From positions 16,649 through 80,648 of the forward strand of contig CAVWPI010000010.1 of assembly GCA_963756895.1 (NCBI GenBank): DNA of 64,000 nucleotides. Reading direction: 5' to 3'. Positions 1 through 8,815 of this stretch are shown here, piece after piece. Under the pieces are notes generated by a model, which was given only the letters and a program-made list of their open reading frames with translations, was not told where the DNA came from and did not search any database. Numbering within the stretch: position 1 is the first letter of the stretch; each line of letters opens with the position of its first letter. The DNA is from an uncultured Actinomycetes bacterium (lineage in GTDB: Bacteria > Actinomycetota > Acidimicrobiia > IMCC26256 > DASPTH01). The position numbers and the translations under genes are program-made.

Positions 1-708
1 GTCGTCAACCTCGCGATCCTCGACAACGCGCTCGAGGAGATCGACTGGATCATCGAGCACGGCGCCAAGGTCGTCCTCATCCGGCCCGCACCGGTCACCA
101 CGCTCTACGCGACGCGTTCGATGGCGTTGCCCGAGTTCGACCCGTTCTGGGAGCGCGTCGTCGAGGCCGACCTGGTCGTCGGCATGCACGCGTCCGACAG
201 CGGCTACCAGCGCTACATCAACGAGTGGGAGGGTGTGCCCGGCGGTGAGATGCTGCCGTTCAAGGACGGCTCCGGCTTCGCCGCGCTGAGCACCATCGGC
301 CACCGGGCGATCGAGGACACCATCGCCGCGGTGATCGGCCACGGATTGCCCACGCGCTTCCCGACCATCAAGATCCTCCCGGTCGAGAACGGCAGCCACT
401 GGGTGCGCCCGTCGATCGAGCACTTCAACCAGGCCTACGAGCTCCAGCCCCAGCTGTTCGAGGAGCACCCGGTCGACGTGCTGAAGCGCAACGTCTGGAT
501 CCACCCGTTCCACGAGGAGGACCCGCAGGGCCTCATCGACCTGGTCGGCGTCGACCACGTGTGCTTCGGTTCGGACTACCCGCACGCCGAGGGCATGTCC
601 GACCCCATCACCTACGTCGACGACCTCGAGGGCCTCTCCGAAGAGGACCAGGCCAAGGTCATGGGCGGCAACCTCGCCGGACTGATGAACGTCGGCGTTC
701 CCGCCTAG
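1..708 (+). CDS. amidohydrolase-2 family metal-dependent hydrolase, 5' end outside the window
   Basis: The frame of listed ORF 121..708 stays open back to nt 1 (VVNLAILDNALEEIDWIIEHGAKVVLIRP...). The C-terminal CFGSDYPHAEG motif is typical of PF04909-type amidohydrolases. Confidence 0.7.
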   Translation, partial: VVNLAILDNALEEIDWIIEHGAKVVLIRPAPVTTLYATRSMALPEFDPFWERVVEADLVVGMHASDSGYQRYINEWEGVPGGEMLPFKDGSGFAALSTIGHRAIEDTIAAVIGHGLPTRFPTIKILPVENGSHWVRPSIEHFNQAYELQPQLFEEHPVDVLKRNVWIHPFHEEDPQGLIDLVGVDHVCFGSDYPHAEGMSDPITYVDDLEGLSEEDQAKVMGGNLAGLMNVGVPA

Positions 709-783
709 GCACGCGCCTGACCCGGGTGCGGCGATCCCGGACCCGGGTACTGTCGCTGGGTTCGACCGGGGGGTGGTTCGTCC

Positions 784-3261
784 ATGGCAGAAGGTCCGCT
801 CGAGGGACTGCGCGTCGTCGACCTGTCGACCACGCTCACCAGTGCCACCGTGAGCGGCTTGCTCGCCGACTTCGGCGCGGACGTGATCGCGGTCGAGCCA
901 CCGGGTGGAAGCCCCCTCCGCTCGCAGCCTGCGTTCCCGTTCTGGGGTCGCGGCAAGCGCAGCATCGCGCTCGACCTGTCGGCGCCCGCCGACGCCGAGG
1001 TGGCGCGGTCGCTCGCGACCGGCGTCGACGTCGTGCTCGAGACGTTCCGCCCGGGGGTCGTCGAACGGTTCGGTCTCGGGTACGACGCCCTCGCGCCGGT
1101 CAACCCGCGACTGGTGTACGCGTCGGTCACCGCGTTCGGGCGCACCGGCGAGCTCGCGGACGTGAAGGGCTACGAGGGCCTGGTGATGGCCCGCATGGGT
1201 GGCCACGATTCCATGGGTGTGATCGTCGAGCGCCCCGGGCCCGCGTTCTGCGCACCGCCGATCACCGCGTGGAGCGGTGCCCAGACCGCGTTGCACGGCA
1301 TCCTCGCCGCGCTCTACGAGCGCGAGCGGAGCGGTCGCGGGCAGCGCGTCGATGCCACGCTCGTGCAGGGCTTCGCCGCCCACGACACGTGGAACGCGAT
1401 GATCCATCACATCGCGCGCCAGTACCCGGAAGCATTCTCCCAGGCCGGCCTGGCCGACGAGGGCGCGTCGGTGCCGAACAACTCGCTGTTCTTCCGACTG
1501 CTCGTCGCGCTGTCCGCCGACGGGCGCTGGCTCCAGTTCTCGCAGACCACGCCGCGTCTGTTCGAGGCGTTCATGCGCGTGCTCGGGCTCGACTGGATGT
1601 TCAGCGACCCGAAGTGGAAGACCGTGCCCGACTTCGACGACGTCGAGCAGCGCACCGAGTACTACGAGCTGATGCTCGCGGCGGTGCGTTCGAAGACCGC
1701 GGCCGAGTGGCAAGCGGTGTTCGACGACGAACCCGACGTGTGGGCCGAGATCTTCCGGCACGGCAGCGAGCTGCTGGACCACCCGCAGATGGTCCACGAC
1801 CGCGCGGTCGTGCGCATCGACGACGCCGCCCTCGGCACCATCCGCCAGCCCGGTCCGCTCGCGAGCATGTCGACCACGCCGGGCGTGATCACCGACAGCG
1901 CGCCACAGCTCGACGAGCACGGCACCGCAATCCGAACCGAGCTGGTGCGCGCCGAAGCCGCCCCCGGGTCGACGCCCGCGGCATCCGAGACCGGCTCGGC
2001 CGCGGCCTCGACCACACCGTCGACCGCGCCGCTGGCCGGCGTCACCGTGGTCGAGCTCGGCACCTACTTCGCCGCGCCGTACGGCGCCACGCTCCTCACC
2101 GACCTCGGCGCGCGCGTCATCAAGGTCGAGCAGCTCGACGGTGATCCGATCCGGCACGTGATCCCGTTCCCCGAGGTGGGCGCGGTCAAGGTGCTGCAAG
2201 GCAAGGAGTGCATGGCCGTCGACATCCACTCCGACGAGGGCCGAGCCATCGTGTCGGATCTGGTGCGCACCGCCGACGCCGTGCTGGTCTCGTTCCGGGC
2301 CGGCGTGGTGGAGCGCCTCGGCCTCGATCCCGAGTCGCTCCTGCGGGTCAACCCCGAGCTCGTCTACCTCAGCGCCCCCGGCTATGGCGTCGACGGTCCG
2401 TGCGGTCACCGCCCCGCCTTCGCACCCACGATCGGCGCGGGCGCCGGACTCGCGATGCGCAACCTCGGTGCGTCGGCGCCCGACGGTCCCGAGCTCGACG
2501 TCGAGGTGGTGAAGCCGGCCGCGTTGCGGATCGCCCAGGCCGCGATGTCGGTGGCGCACGCCGACGGCTTCTCCGCGCTCGGCGTCGCCACCGCGCTGTT
2601 GCTCGGACTCGTCGCCCGCGACCGGGGCGCACCGGGTCAGGCGATGCAGACGTCGATGCTGCGCACGATGTCGCACGTGCTCGTCGAGGACATGGTCGAG
2701 TACGACGCCTGCCAGCCCCGCCGCACCGCCGATGCCGGCCTGCACGGTCTCGGCGCGCGCTACCGGCTCTACGAGACCGCCGAGGACTGGGTGTTCCTCG
2801 CCGCGCCGTCCCCGTCGGAGTGGGACGCGCTCACCGCCGGGCTCCTCCCCCATGTCGACCTCGCGGCCGACGCGCGCTTCGCCGACGAGGCCGCGCGCGT
2901 CAGGCACGACGACGAGCTCGCCGAGGTGCTCGCCACCGCGTTCCGGGCGCAGGGCGCATCCGCGTGGGAGGAGCAGCTGCTGGCGCGCGACGTCGGCTGC
3001 CTGCGCGTCCGGCACGGATCCGCCGACCGGCAGATGTTCGTGGAGGGCAGCATGGGTGAAGCGAAGGGTTGGGTCACCGAGGTGCCGCACCCCACGTTCG
3101 GCACCGCCCCGCGTCTGATGCCCCTCGTCGACTTCTCCCGCTCCACCACGGTCGTCGGCACCAGTGCCCTCTGCGGCACCCACACCGAGGCCGTGCTCCA
3201 CGAGCTCGGTTACGACGCCGATCGTCTGGACGAGCTGCGCGCCGCCCGCGTGATCAACTGA
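784..3261 (+). CDS. tandem-fused family III (CaiB/BaiF) CoA-transferase, two complete domains in one 825-aa chain
   Basis: Single uninterrupted ORF. The family III N-terminal signature occurs twice: LEGLRVVDLSTTLTSATVSGLLADFGADVIAVEPPGG at the N-terminus and LAGVTVVELGTYFAAPYGATLLTDLGARVIKVEQ mid-protein. Confidence 0.8.
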   Translation: MAEGPLEGLRVVDLSTTLTSATVSGLLADFGADVIAVEPPGGSPLRSQPAFPFWGRGKRSIALDLSAPADAEVARSLATGVDVVLETFRPGVVERFGLGYDALAPVNPRLVYASVTAFGRTGELADVKGYEGLVMARMGGHDSMGVIVERPGPAFCAPPITAWSGAQTALHGILAALYERERSGRGQRVDATLVQGFAAHDTWNAMIHHIARQYPEAFSQAGLADEGASVPNNSLFFRLLVALSADGRWLQFSQTTPRLFEAFMRVLGLDWMFSDPKWKTVPDFDDVEQRTEYYELMLAAVRSKTAAEWQAVFDDEPDVWAEIFRHGSELLDHPQMVHDRAVVRIDDAALGTIRQPGPLASMSTTPGVITDSAPQLDEHGTAIRTELVRAEAAPGSTPAASETGSAAASTTPSTAPLAGVTVVELGTYFAAPYGATLLTDLGARVIKVEQLDGDPIRHVIPFPEVGAVKVLQGKECMAVDIHSDEGRAIVSDLVRTADAVLVSFRAGVVERLGLDPESLLRVNPELVYLSAPGYGVDGPCGHRPAFAPTIGAGAGLAMRNLGASAPDGPELDVEVVKPAALRIAQAAMSVAHADGFSALGVATALLLGLVARDRGAPGQAMQTSMLRTMSHVLVEDMVEYDACQPRRTADAGLHGLGARYRLYETAEDWVFLAAPSPSEWDALTAGLLPHVDLAADARFADEAARVRHDDELAEVLATAFRAQGASAWEEQLLARDVGCLRVRHGSADRQMFVEGSMGEAKGWVTEVPHPTFGTAPRLMPLVDFSRSTTVVGTSALCGTHTEAVLHELGYDADRLDELRAARVIN

Positions 3262-3289
3262 CCACGAGACCACCGATCGAGGAGCCAGC

Positions 3290-4526
3290 ATGTCGTACTC
3301 GGAACTCCCCGCCACTGAACCCGACGCGCCCGACAGCTTCGAGATCTTCAGCCTCGACCCCGAGTCGAGCCGTCACCCGCAGGGGATGTACCGCACGCTG
3401 CGCGACAGCGGGCCGGTGCTCGCGCTCGACGGGATGGGGCACATCCTCACCACCAAGGAGGCGGCGCTCGAGGCGTTCCGCCAGCCCGAGGTGTTCTCGT
3501 CGGCGGCGACCGTCGACGCCCTCGCGATGGGCTCGGTGCGCCCGCTGATCCCGCTGCAGATCGACCCGCCCGACCACGTGAAGTACCGCAAGATCCTCGA
3601 CCCGTTGTTCGCGCCCCGCCACATGGCCGCGCTCGAAGCGCCCGTCGCTGCGCTCGTCAACGACCTGATCGACGGGTTCGTCGACCGCGGCGAGTGCGAC
3701 TTCTCGGCCGAGTTCTCGGTGCCCCTGCCGTCGCAGGTGTTCCTCACGCTGCTCGGCCTGCCGCTCTCGGATCTCGACCTCTTCCAGAAGATGAAGGACG
3801 GCATCATCCGGCCCGACCACGTCGTCGGCAAGCCCCGCGACCACGCCGACACGCTGGCGTACCAGAACGAGATCGGTGCCTCGATCTACGACTACTTCAA
3901 CCACGTGCTCGACGAACGCGAGCTCGAGCGACGGGACGACCTGCTGAGCCGCTTTCTCGATGCCGAGGTCGACGGGCACCGCCTCACGCGTGAGGACATC
4001 CTCGACATCTGCTTCCTCTTCTTCATCGCCGGGCTCGACACCGTCGAGCGCGTCCCTCGACTGCTTCTTCGGCTACCTGTGCGAACACCCCGAGCAGCGG
4101 TCGCAGCTGGTGGCCGACCCGTCGTTGGTGCCGTCGGCGGTCGAGGAGCTGCTGCGCTGGGAGACGCCGGTCGGCGGCATCATGCGCGTCGCCACCGCCG
4201 ACGCCGAGATCCTCGGCTGCCCGATCAAGCAGGGCGACACGGTGAGCATCAGCCTCGGTTCGGTCGACACCGACGAAGTCGCGCTCCCCGACGCCTACGA
4301 GGTGCGCTTCGACCGCGAGGTGAACCCGCACAACGCGTTCGGCGGCGGCGTGCACCGGTGCCTCGGCTCGCACCTGGCGCGCCTGGAGCTGCGGGTCGCG
4401 CTGCGCGAGTGGCACGCCCGGATCCCGGAGTACGCGGTGAAGGACGGACACGAGCTCGTGTACACCCCCGCGATCCGCTCGCTCGACACCTTCCCCATGA
4501 CGTTCGTCCCGGTCACGGCTCGCTGA
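3290..4526 (+). pseudogene. cytochrome P450 interrupted by one extra base near nt 4046 (true pseudogene or sequence error)
   Basis: The N-terminal 252 codons lie in the frame of ORF 3290. The C-terminal part lies in the frame of ORF 3960..4526, with ExxR (EELLRWE) and the heme loop FGGGVHRCLGSHLA. The I-helix reads FFIAGLDTV/SASLDCFFGYL only if one base at about 4046 is skipped. Confidence 0.8.
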
Positions 4527-5082
4527 CGGCCGGTCCGGAAGGTTCGGTGACCGGCTCGTCGGCCTCGTCGGTCTCGTCGGCATCGACGTCGTAGAGCGCG
4601 GTCGTACCTGCGTGCGGGGCTGCACCCGGGGCGTAGCCGCGGAAGCGCTCGGTCGCGCCGACCACCTCGCCACCGAGCTCGATGAGCCGCTGGAGCAGCT
4701 GCTCGCGGATCGTCGACAGCTCGTCGATCTCGCGCTGGATCGCGTCACGCTGCCGCGTCGCCTCGTCGATGGTGCGCTCCGCCTGATCGGAGGCGCCGCT
4801 GGTCGTGGCCTCGGCGTCGGTGCGGGCGCGCTCGCGGATCTCTTCGGCCTCTTCGGTCGCGAGCTGCAACATCGCCGCCAGCCGCTGCGAGATGCCCGCG
4901 GTGGTCGGTGACGACGCCAGCTCGCGGCGGCACTGCGCCAGCGCCGACTCCGCCCGGCCCGCGAGGTCCTCGGCCTGGACCCCCTGGGCTCGCAACCACG
5001 CGACGTATTCGTCGACCTCGGCGCGGTCGTAGCCCCGGAACGTGTGGGCGAATGCAGGCGGTTCCTGCTCCTTGATGTTCAT
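4513..5082 (-). CDS. DivIVA-domain coiled-coil protein
   Basis: An internal ATG at 5082 is preceded by GGAG. The N-terminal FRGYDRAEVDEYVAWL is the DivIVA-type motif, followed by a long Glu/Arg/Ala-rich coiled-coil region and an acidic tail. The longer 239-aa version in the track has an implausible N-terminus. Confidence 0.6.
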   Translation of the reverse strand: MNIKEQEPPAFAHTFRGYDRAEVDEYVAWLRAQGVQAEDLAGRAESALAQCRRELASSPTTAGISQRLAAMLQLATEEAEEIRERARTDAEATTSGASDQAERTIDEATRQRDAIQREIDELSTIREQLLQRLIELGGEVVGATERFRGYAPGAAPHAGTTALYDVDADETDEADEPVTEPSGPAVSEP

Positions 5083-5191
5083 GTCGTCACTCCACGGGAT
5101 GGGGTGGAACTGTCCCGCCTCGACAAGACCACTGGCTCGAGCTCGGTGCGTTGCTTGTGCCTGCCCGGCCATCACGTTACGTTGCGCCGCG

Positions 5192-5947
5192 ATGCCTCGC
5201 CGCCTGTATCTGCACGAGACCGTGAACATCATCGGTCAGGGCCAGTACGAGTACATGGAGCACCTCTGGAAGGACCCGGTGCTGCGCATGCCCGACATGT
5301 TCGGGTTGCAGGGTTCGTTCTACGTGTGCGCGGCGGGCGGCGGGCACTGGCCCCAGGTCATCAACATCTGGGACGTCGGTTCGCGGGGCTGGAAGGGATG
5401 GGCCGCGAACGTCGACCGCATGAACCTGAAGCGGCGCAAGGCGTTCTACGGCGAGTGGTGGGACGAGGCGGCCAAGTGGCGCAGCGGCGGCTTCGACCGC
5501 CTGTGCGGAGCGGTGCCCGGCTGCCCCACCAGCGAGGAGCTCATGGCCGCGGCCGTCCGGGGCACCCTGTTCGTGCACGAGGTGCTCACGGTGCGCCCGG
5601 GGACGGCGCTCGACTTCCTCGCCGCTGTTGCCGAGACCCGCGTCCCGCTCATGCGGGAGTACGGCCACGAGGTCACCGGCCTCTTCGAGGTGCAGTCGAA
5701 CCAGCACGAGGTCGTGGTGGTCTGGGCCACCGACATCCCGTCGCAGGTGCGGCTGCGCCAGAACCGCGACGCGGCCCGCGGCCTGGACGACGATGGCGAG
5801 GCCGACGACCGGCTCGTCGCGTGGGAGCGCACCGCGGCGGAGTTCGTCACCGGTGGCGACACCCACGTGATGACCCCGCTCCCGCGTACCGTGTACGGGC
5901 CTCCCGACTGGGAGGACGCATCGCTCGAGGACTGGCTGGAGACGTAG
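5192..5947 (+). CDS. hypothetical protein, possibly NIPSNAP-like
   Basis: 251 codons from ATG 5192 with high third-position GC. Recognition by eye is weak (two dimeric alpha-beta-barrel-like halves). The upstream 50 codons of the listed ORF overlap the divergent promoter region. Confidence 0.4.
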   Translation: MPRRLYLHETVNIIGQGQYEYMEHLWKDPVLRMPDMFGLQGSFYVCAAGGGHWPQVINIWDVGSRGWKGWAANVDRMNLKRRKAFYGEWWDEAAKWRSGGFDRLCGAVPGCPTSEELMAAAVRGTLFVHEVLTVRPGTALDFLAAVAETRVPLMREYGHEVTGLFEVQSNQHEVVVVWATDIPSQVRLRQNRDAARGLDDDGEADDRLVAWERTAAEFVTGGDTHVMTPLPRTVYGPPDWEDASLEDWLET

Positions 5948-5952
5948 ACGAC

Positions 5953-6756
5953 ATGGCCATGAAGACCGAGTTCGAGACCCTCCTCTACCGCGAGGAGAAC
6001 GGGGTCGCGTACGTCACCCTCAACCGGCCCGACGTGCAGAACAGCTTCGACTACACGATGATCGACGAGCTGGCGGCGCTGTGGCAGGGGCTCCGTTCGC
6101 ACGACCCCGTGCGGTGCGTCGTGCTCACCGGCGCCGGCGACCGGGCGTTCTGCACCGGCAACGACCGCAGCACGATCCCGTTCGACGTGAAGTGGGACCC
6201 GTACACCTACGACGACCCCGGCTTGACGATCGGCCCACGCGTCAACCGCATGTGGAAGCCGGTGATCGCCGCAGTGAACGGCACCGCCGCGGCCGGCGCG
6301 TTCTACCTCCTCGGTCAGGTCGACTTCATCATCGCCGCCGACCACGCCACGTTCGTCGAACCGCACGTCACCTACGCCATGCCGGCGGTGTACGAACCGA
6401 TCGAGGCGCTGGCGAAGATGCCCTTCGGCGAGGCGATGCGCATGGCCCTGCTCGGTACGCACGAGCGCATGTCGGCGAAGCGAGCCCACGAGATCGGGTT
6501 CGTCACCGAGGTCGTGCCGTTGGAAGAGCTGATGGACGCGGCCACGTGGGCGGCCGAGGCCATCGCCGCGCAGCCGCCGGCGGCGATCCAGTCGACCCTG
6601 CGCACGCTGTGGGCCGCGCGCGACATGTTCCCGTCGCAGGCCACTGCGCTCGGGAACACGTTCCTCCACCTCGGCATGGACGCCGACAAGGAGAACCTGA
6701 AGGAAGGCGAGGAGGCGTTCGCCAACCGCCCGCGCACCAAGCCGCGGGTTCGCTGA
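5953..6756 (+). CDS. enoyl-CoA hydratase/isomerase (crotonase) family
   Basis: VAYVTLNRPDVQNSF, VVLTGAGDRAFCTGND and KPVIAAVNGTAAAGAF motifs. ATG at 5953, 5 nt after the upstream stop. Confidence 0.85.
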   Translation: MAMKTEFETLLYREENGVAYVTLNRPDVQNSFDYTMIDELAALWQGLRSHDPVRCVVLTGAGDRAFCTGNDRSTIPFDVKWDPYTYDDPGLTIGPRVNRMWKPVIAAVNGTAAAGAFYLLGQVDFIIAADHATFVEPHVTYAMPAVYEPIEALAKMPFGEAMRMALLGTHERMSAKRAHEIGFVTEVVPLEELMDAATWAAEAIAAQPPAAIQSTLRTLWAARDMFPSQATALGNTFLHLGMDADKENLKEGEEAFANRPRTKPRVR

Positions 6757-6772
6757 ATCGAGGAAGCGCTCG

Positions 6773-7579
6773 CTACTGCTGCGCGAGCTGCACCTCGGCC
6801 AGGAGCTCGTTGACCGCGTCGGCCGACATCATCGGCCCCGGCGGCACGATGGTGAGCTCGGGGATGGTGAGCTTCGGGTGCGCGAGCAACATGGCGACGA
6901 ACTCGGCGATGGTGCGACCGAGGTCGTCGGACTCCATATGGTTCTGGTAGATCACACCCGCGGCGAGCCACTTCGGGAACAGCGCGCCGGCGTGCTCGGC
7001 GTCGAAGTCGCGGGCGAAGTCGGTGCCGAGCGTGTCGCCGACCGCCATGCACACGAACCGCTTGTCGGGGCGCTCCATGCGCCACGACCGCACCGTGCGG
7101 TCGAGCGCGGCCTTGCTCGCGCCGTAGGACGCGAGGCCGTGGTGACCGCCGCCGACCGTGATCGACGACAGGAAGATGATCGGACCGTTCTCGGGGATGT
7201 GGTCGAGCGCGGCCTGCGCCACGAGCGCCGGCGCGATGGCATTGGTGGCGATGACGTCCTGCCACGTGTCGGCCGACACCTCGTCGAGCGGCGCCAGCGG
7301 TGACACCGCGGTGGAGAACACCAGCGCGTCGATCCCGCCCATGGCCTCGACCGCTTCACCCACGATGCCCGAGCAGCGCTCGGGGTCGCGCACGTCGGCG
7401 GCGATGCCGGTGCCCGTGCCGGCGGTGGCGACGACTTCCTCGAGCTTGTCCTCGCTGCGCCCGACGACCGTGATGTCGGCACCCGCGCTCGCCGCCGCGA
7501 TGGCGGTGCTGCGCCCGATGCCCGACGAGCCGCCGACGATCAACAGCTTCTGGCCCTTCAGGTCGATGGCGACGCTCAC
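6773..7579 (-). CDS. short-chain dehydrogenase/reductase (SDR)
   Basis: GTG start at 7579 overlaps the thiolase stop (GTGA). IVGGSSGIGRSTA Rossmann motif and YGASKAAL catalytic motif. Confidence 0.75.
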   Translation of the reverse strand: MSVAIDLKGQKLLIVGGSSGIGRSTAIAAASAGADITVVGRSEDKLEEVVATAGTGTGIAADVRDPERCSGIVGEAVEAMGGIDALVFSTAVSPLAPLDEVSADTWQDVIATNAIAPALVAQAALDHIPENGPIIFLSSITVGGGHHGLASYGASKAALDRTVRSWRMERPDKRFVCMAVGDTLGTDFARDFDAEHAGALFPKWLAAGVIYQNHMESDDLGRTIAEFVAMLLAHPKLTIPELTIVPPGPMMSADAVNELLAEVQLAQQ

Positions 7580-8745
7580 AAGGCCTCGATGATCAGCGCC
7601 GAGCCCATGCCGCCGCCCGCGCACATGGCGAGGAGACCATGCGTCTTCCCGCGCCGACGCAGCTCGTGGGCCATGGTGACGACCATGCGGGCGCCCGTCG
7701 CCGCGATCGGGTGACCGAGGCTGCACCCGCTGCCGTTCACGTTCACGATCGTCGGGTCGAAGCCGAAGGTGCGGATCGCGGCGACCGGCACCGAGCAGAA
7801 CGCCTCGTTGATCTCGACCAGGTCGATGTCCTCGACGGTGAGACCGGCGCGCTGGAGCGCCTTCGGGATCGCCACCGTCGGGCCCATGCCGGTGCGCGCG
7901 GGCTCGACGCCCGCGTTGGCCCACGACACCACGCGCGCCAGCGGGCGGAGCCCGTGCGCGTCGGCGAAGGCGCCGCTGGTGAGCACGAGCGCGGCGGCGG
8001 CGTCGTTGATGCCCGACGCGTTGCCCGCAGTGACCGTCGGGTTGTCGAGCTCGGGGTGGATGGGCTTGAGCTCGGCCAGCGTCTCCACGGTCACGCCCCG
8101 GCGGGGGTGCTCGTCGACCTCGAACCTGCGGGCCATGCCCTCACGGTCGAGGTACTCGACCGCCACGATCTCCTCCTCGAAGGCGCCCGAATCGATCGAG
8201 GCGATCGCCTGGCCCTGGCTGTACGCCGCCCACTCGTCGACGTCGCGCCGGGTGAGACCCATCTCGCGGGCCGTGTTCTCACCCACGGTGATCGACATGT
8301 CGAACGCCGGCACGTCGGGCGTCTCGGGGTGGCTCGGCGACATCCACATCTGCGGCTCGCCGCCGGGCTGCGCCATCCACGACTGCGGAGCCGAGCTCGA
8401 GCTCTGCGTGCCGCCGGCGACGACAACCGTGTCCATGTCGGCCTTGATGCTGCCGGCCGCGAGCTGCACCGCGCTCAACCCCGACGCACAGTGCCGGTTG
8501 TCGGCGATGCCGGCCACATCGGCGAGACCGAGGACCACCGCGGTGTGGCGGGCGATGTCGCCCCCGCCGTAGAGCGACTCACCCAGGACGATGTCGTCGA
8601 TGTCGGCGGCGTCGATGCCCGAGCGCGAGACGGCCTCCCCCACCGCGATCTCGGCGAGGCGGAAGGCGTCGACATCGACGAGCGATCCCTTGCGAGCCCG
8701 CCCGATGGGGGTGCGGGCGGCGGCGACGATGACTGCTTCGGTCAC
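7576..8745 (-). CDS. acetyl-CoA C-acyltransferase (thiolase)
   Basis: 389 aa. Active-site region NRHCASGLSA, NEAFCSV, C-terminal GCSLGHPIAATG and CAGGGMGSALIIE. Confidence 0.9.
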   Translation of the reverse strand: MTEAVIVAAARTPIGRARKGSLVDVDAFRLAEIAVGEAVSRSGIDAADIDDIVLGESLYGGGDIARHTAVVLGLADVAGIADNRHCASGLSAVQLAAGSIKADMDTVVVAGGTQSSSSAPQSWMAQPGGEPQMWMSPSHPETPDVPAFDMSITVGENTAREMGLTRRDVDEWAAYSQGQAIASIDSGAFEEEIVAVEYLDREGMARRFEVDEHPRRGVTVETLAELKPIHPELDNPTVTAGNASGINDAAAALVLTSGAFADAHGLRPLARVVSWANAGVEPARTGMGPTVAIPKALQRAGLTVEDIDLVEINEAFCSVPVAAIRTFGFDPTIVNVNGSGCSLGHPIAATGARMVVTMAHELRRRGKTHGLLAMCAGGGMGSALIIEAL

Positions 8746-8815
8746 GCTGGCTCCTCGAGTGCGCGAACAGGGTGGCCAGCCACTGTAACGCCGGCCGTCG
8801 TTCGGGTGCCCGTGC

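Noticed and set aside
709-783. The inverted repeat CCGGGT...ACCCGG between the amidohydrolase and the CoA-transferase, considered as a terminator.
   Set aside because: The stem is only 6 bp with a 13-nt loop and no T-tract, and the two genes are co-directional and 75 nt apart. This is insufficient to call a terminator.
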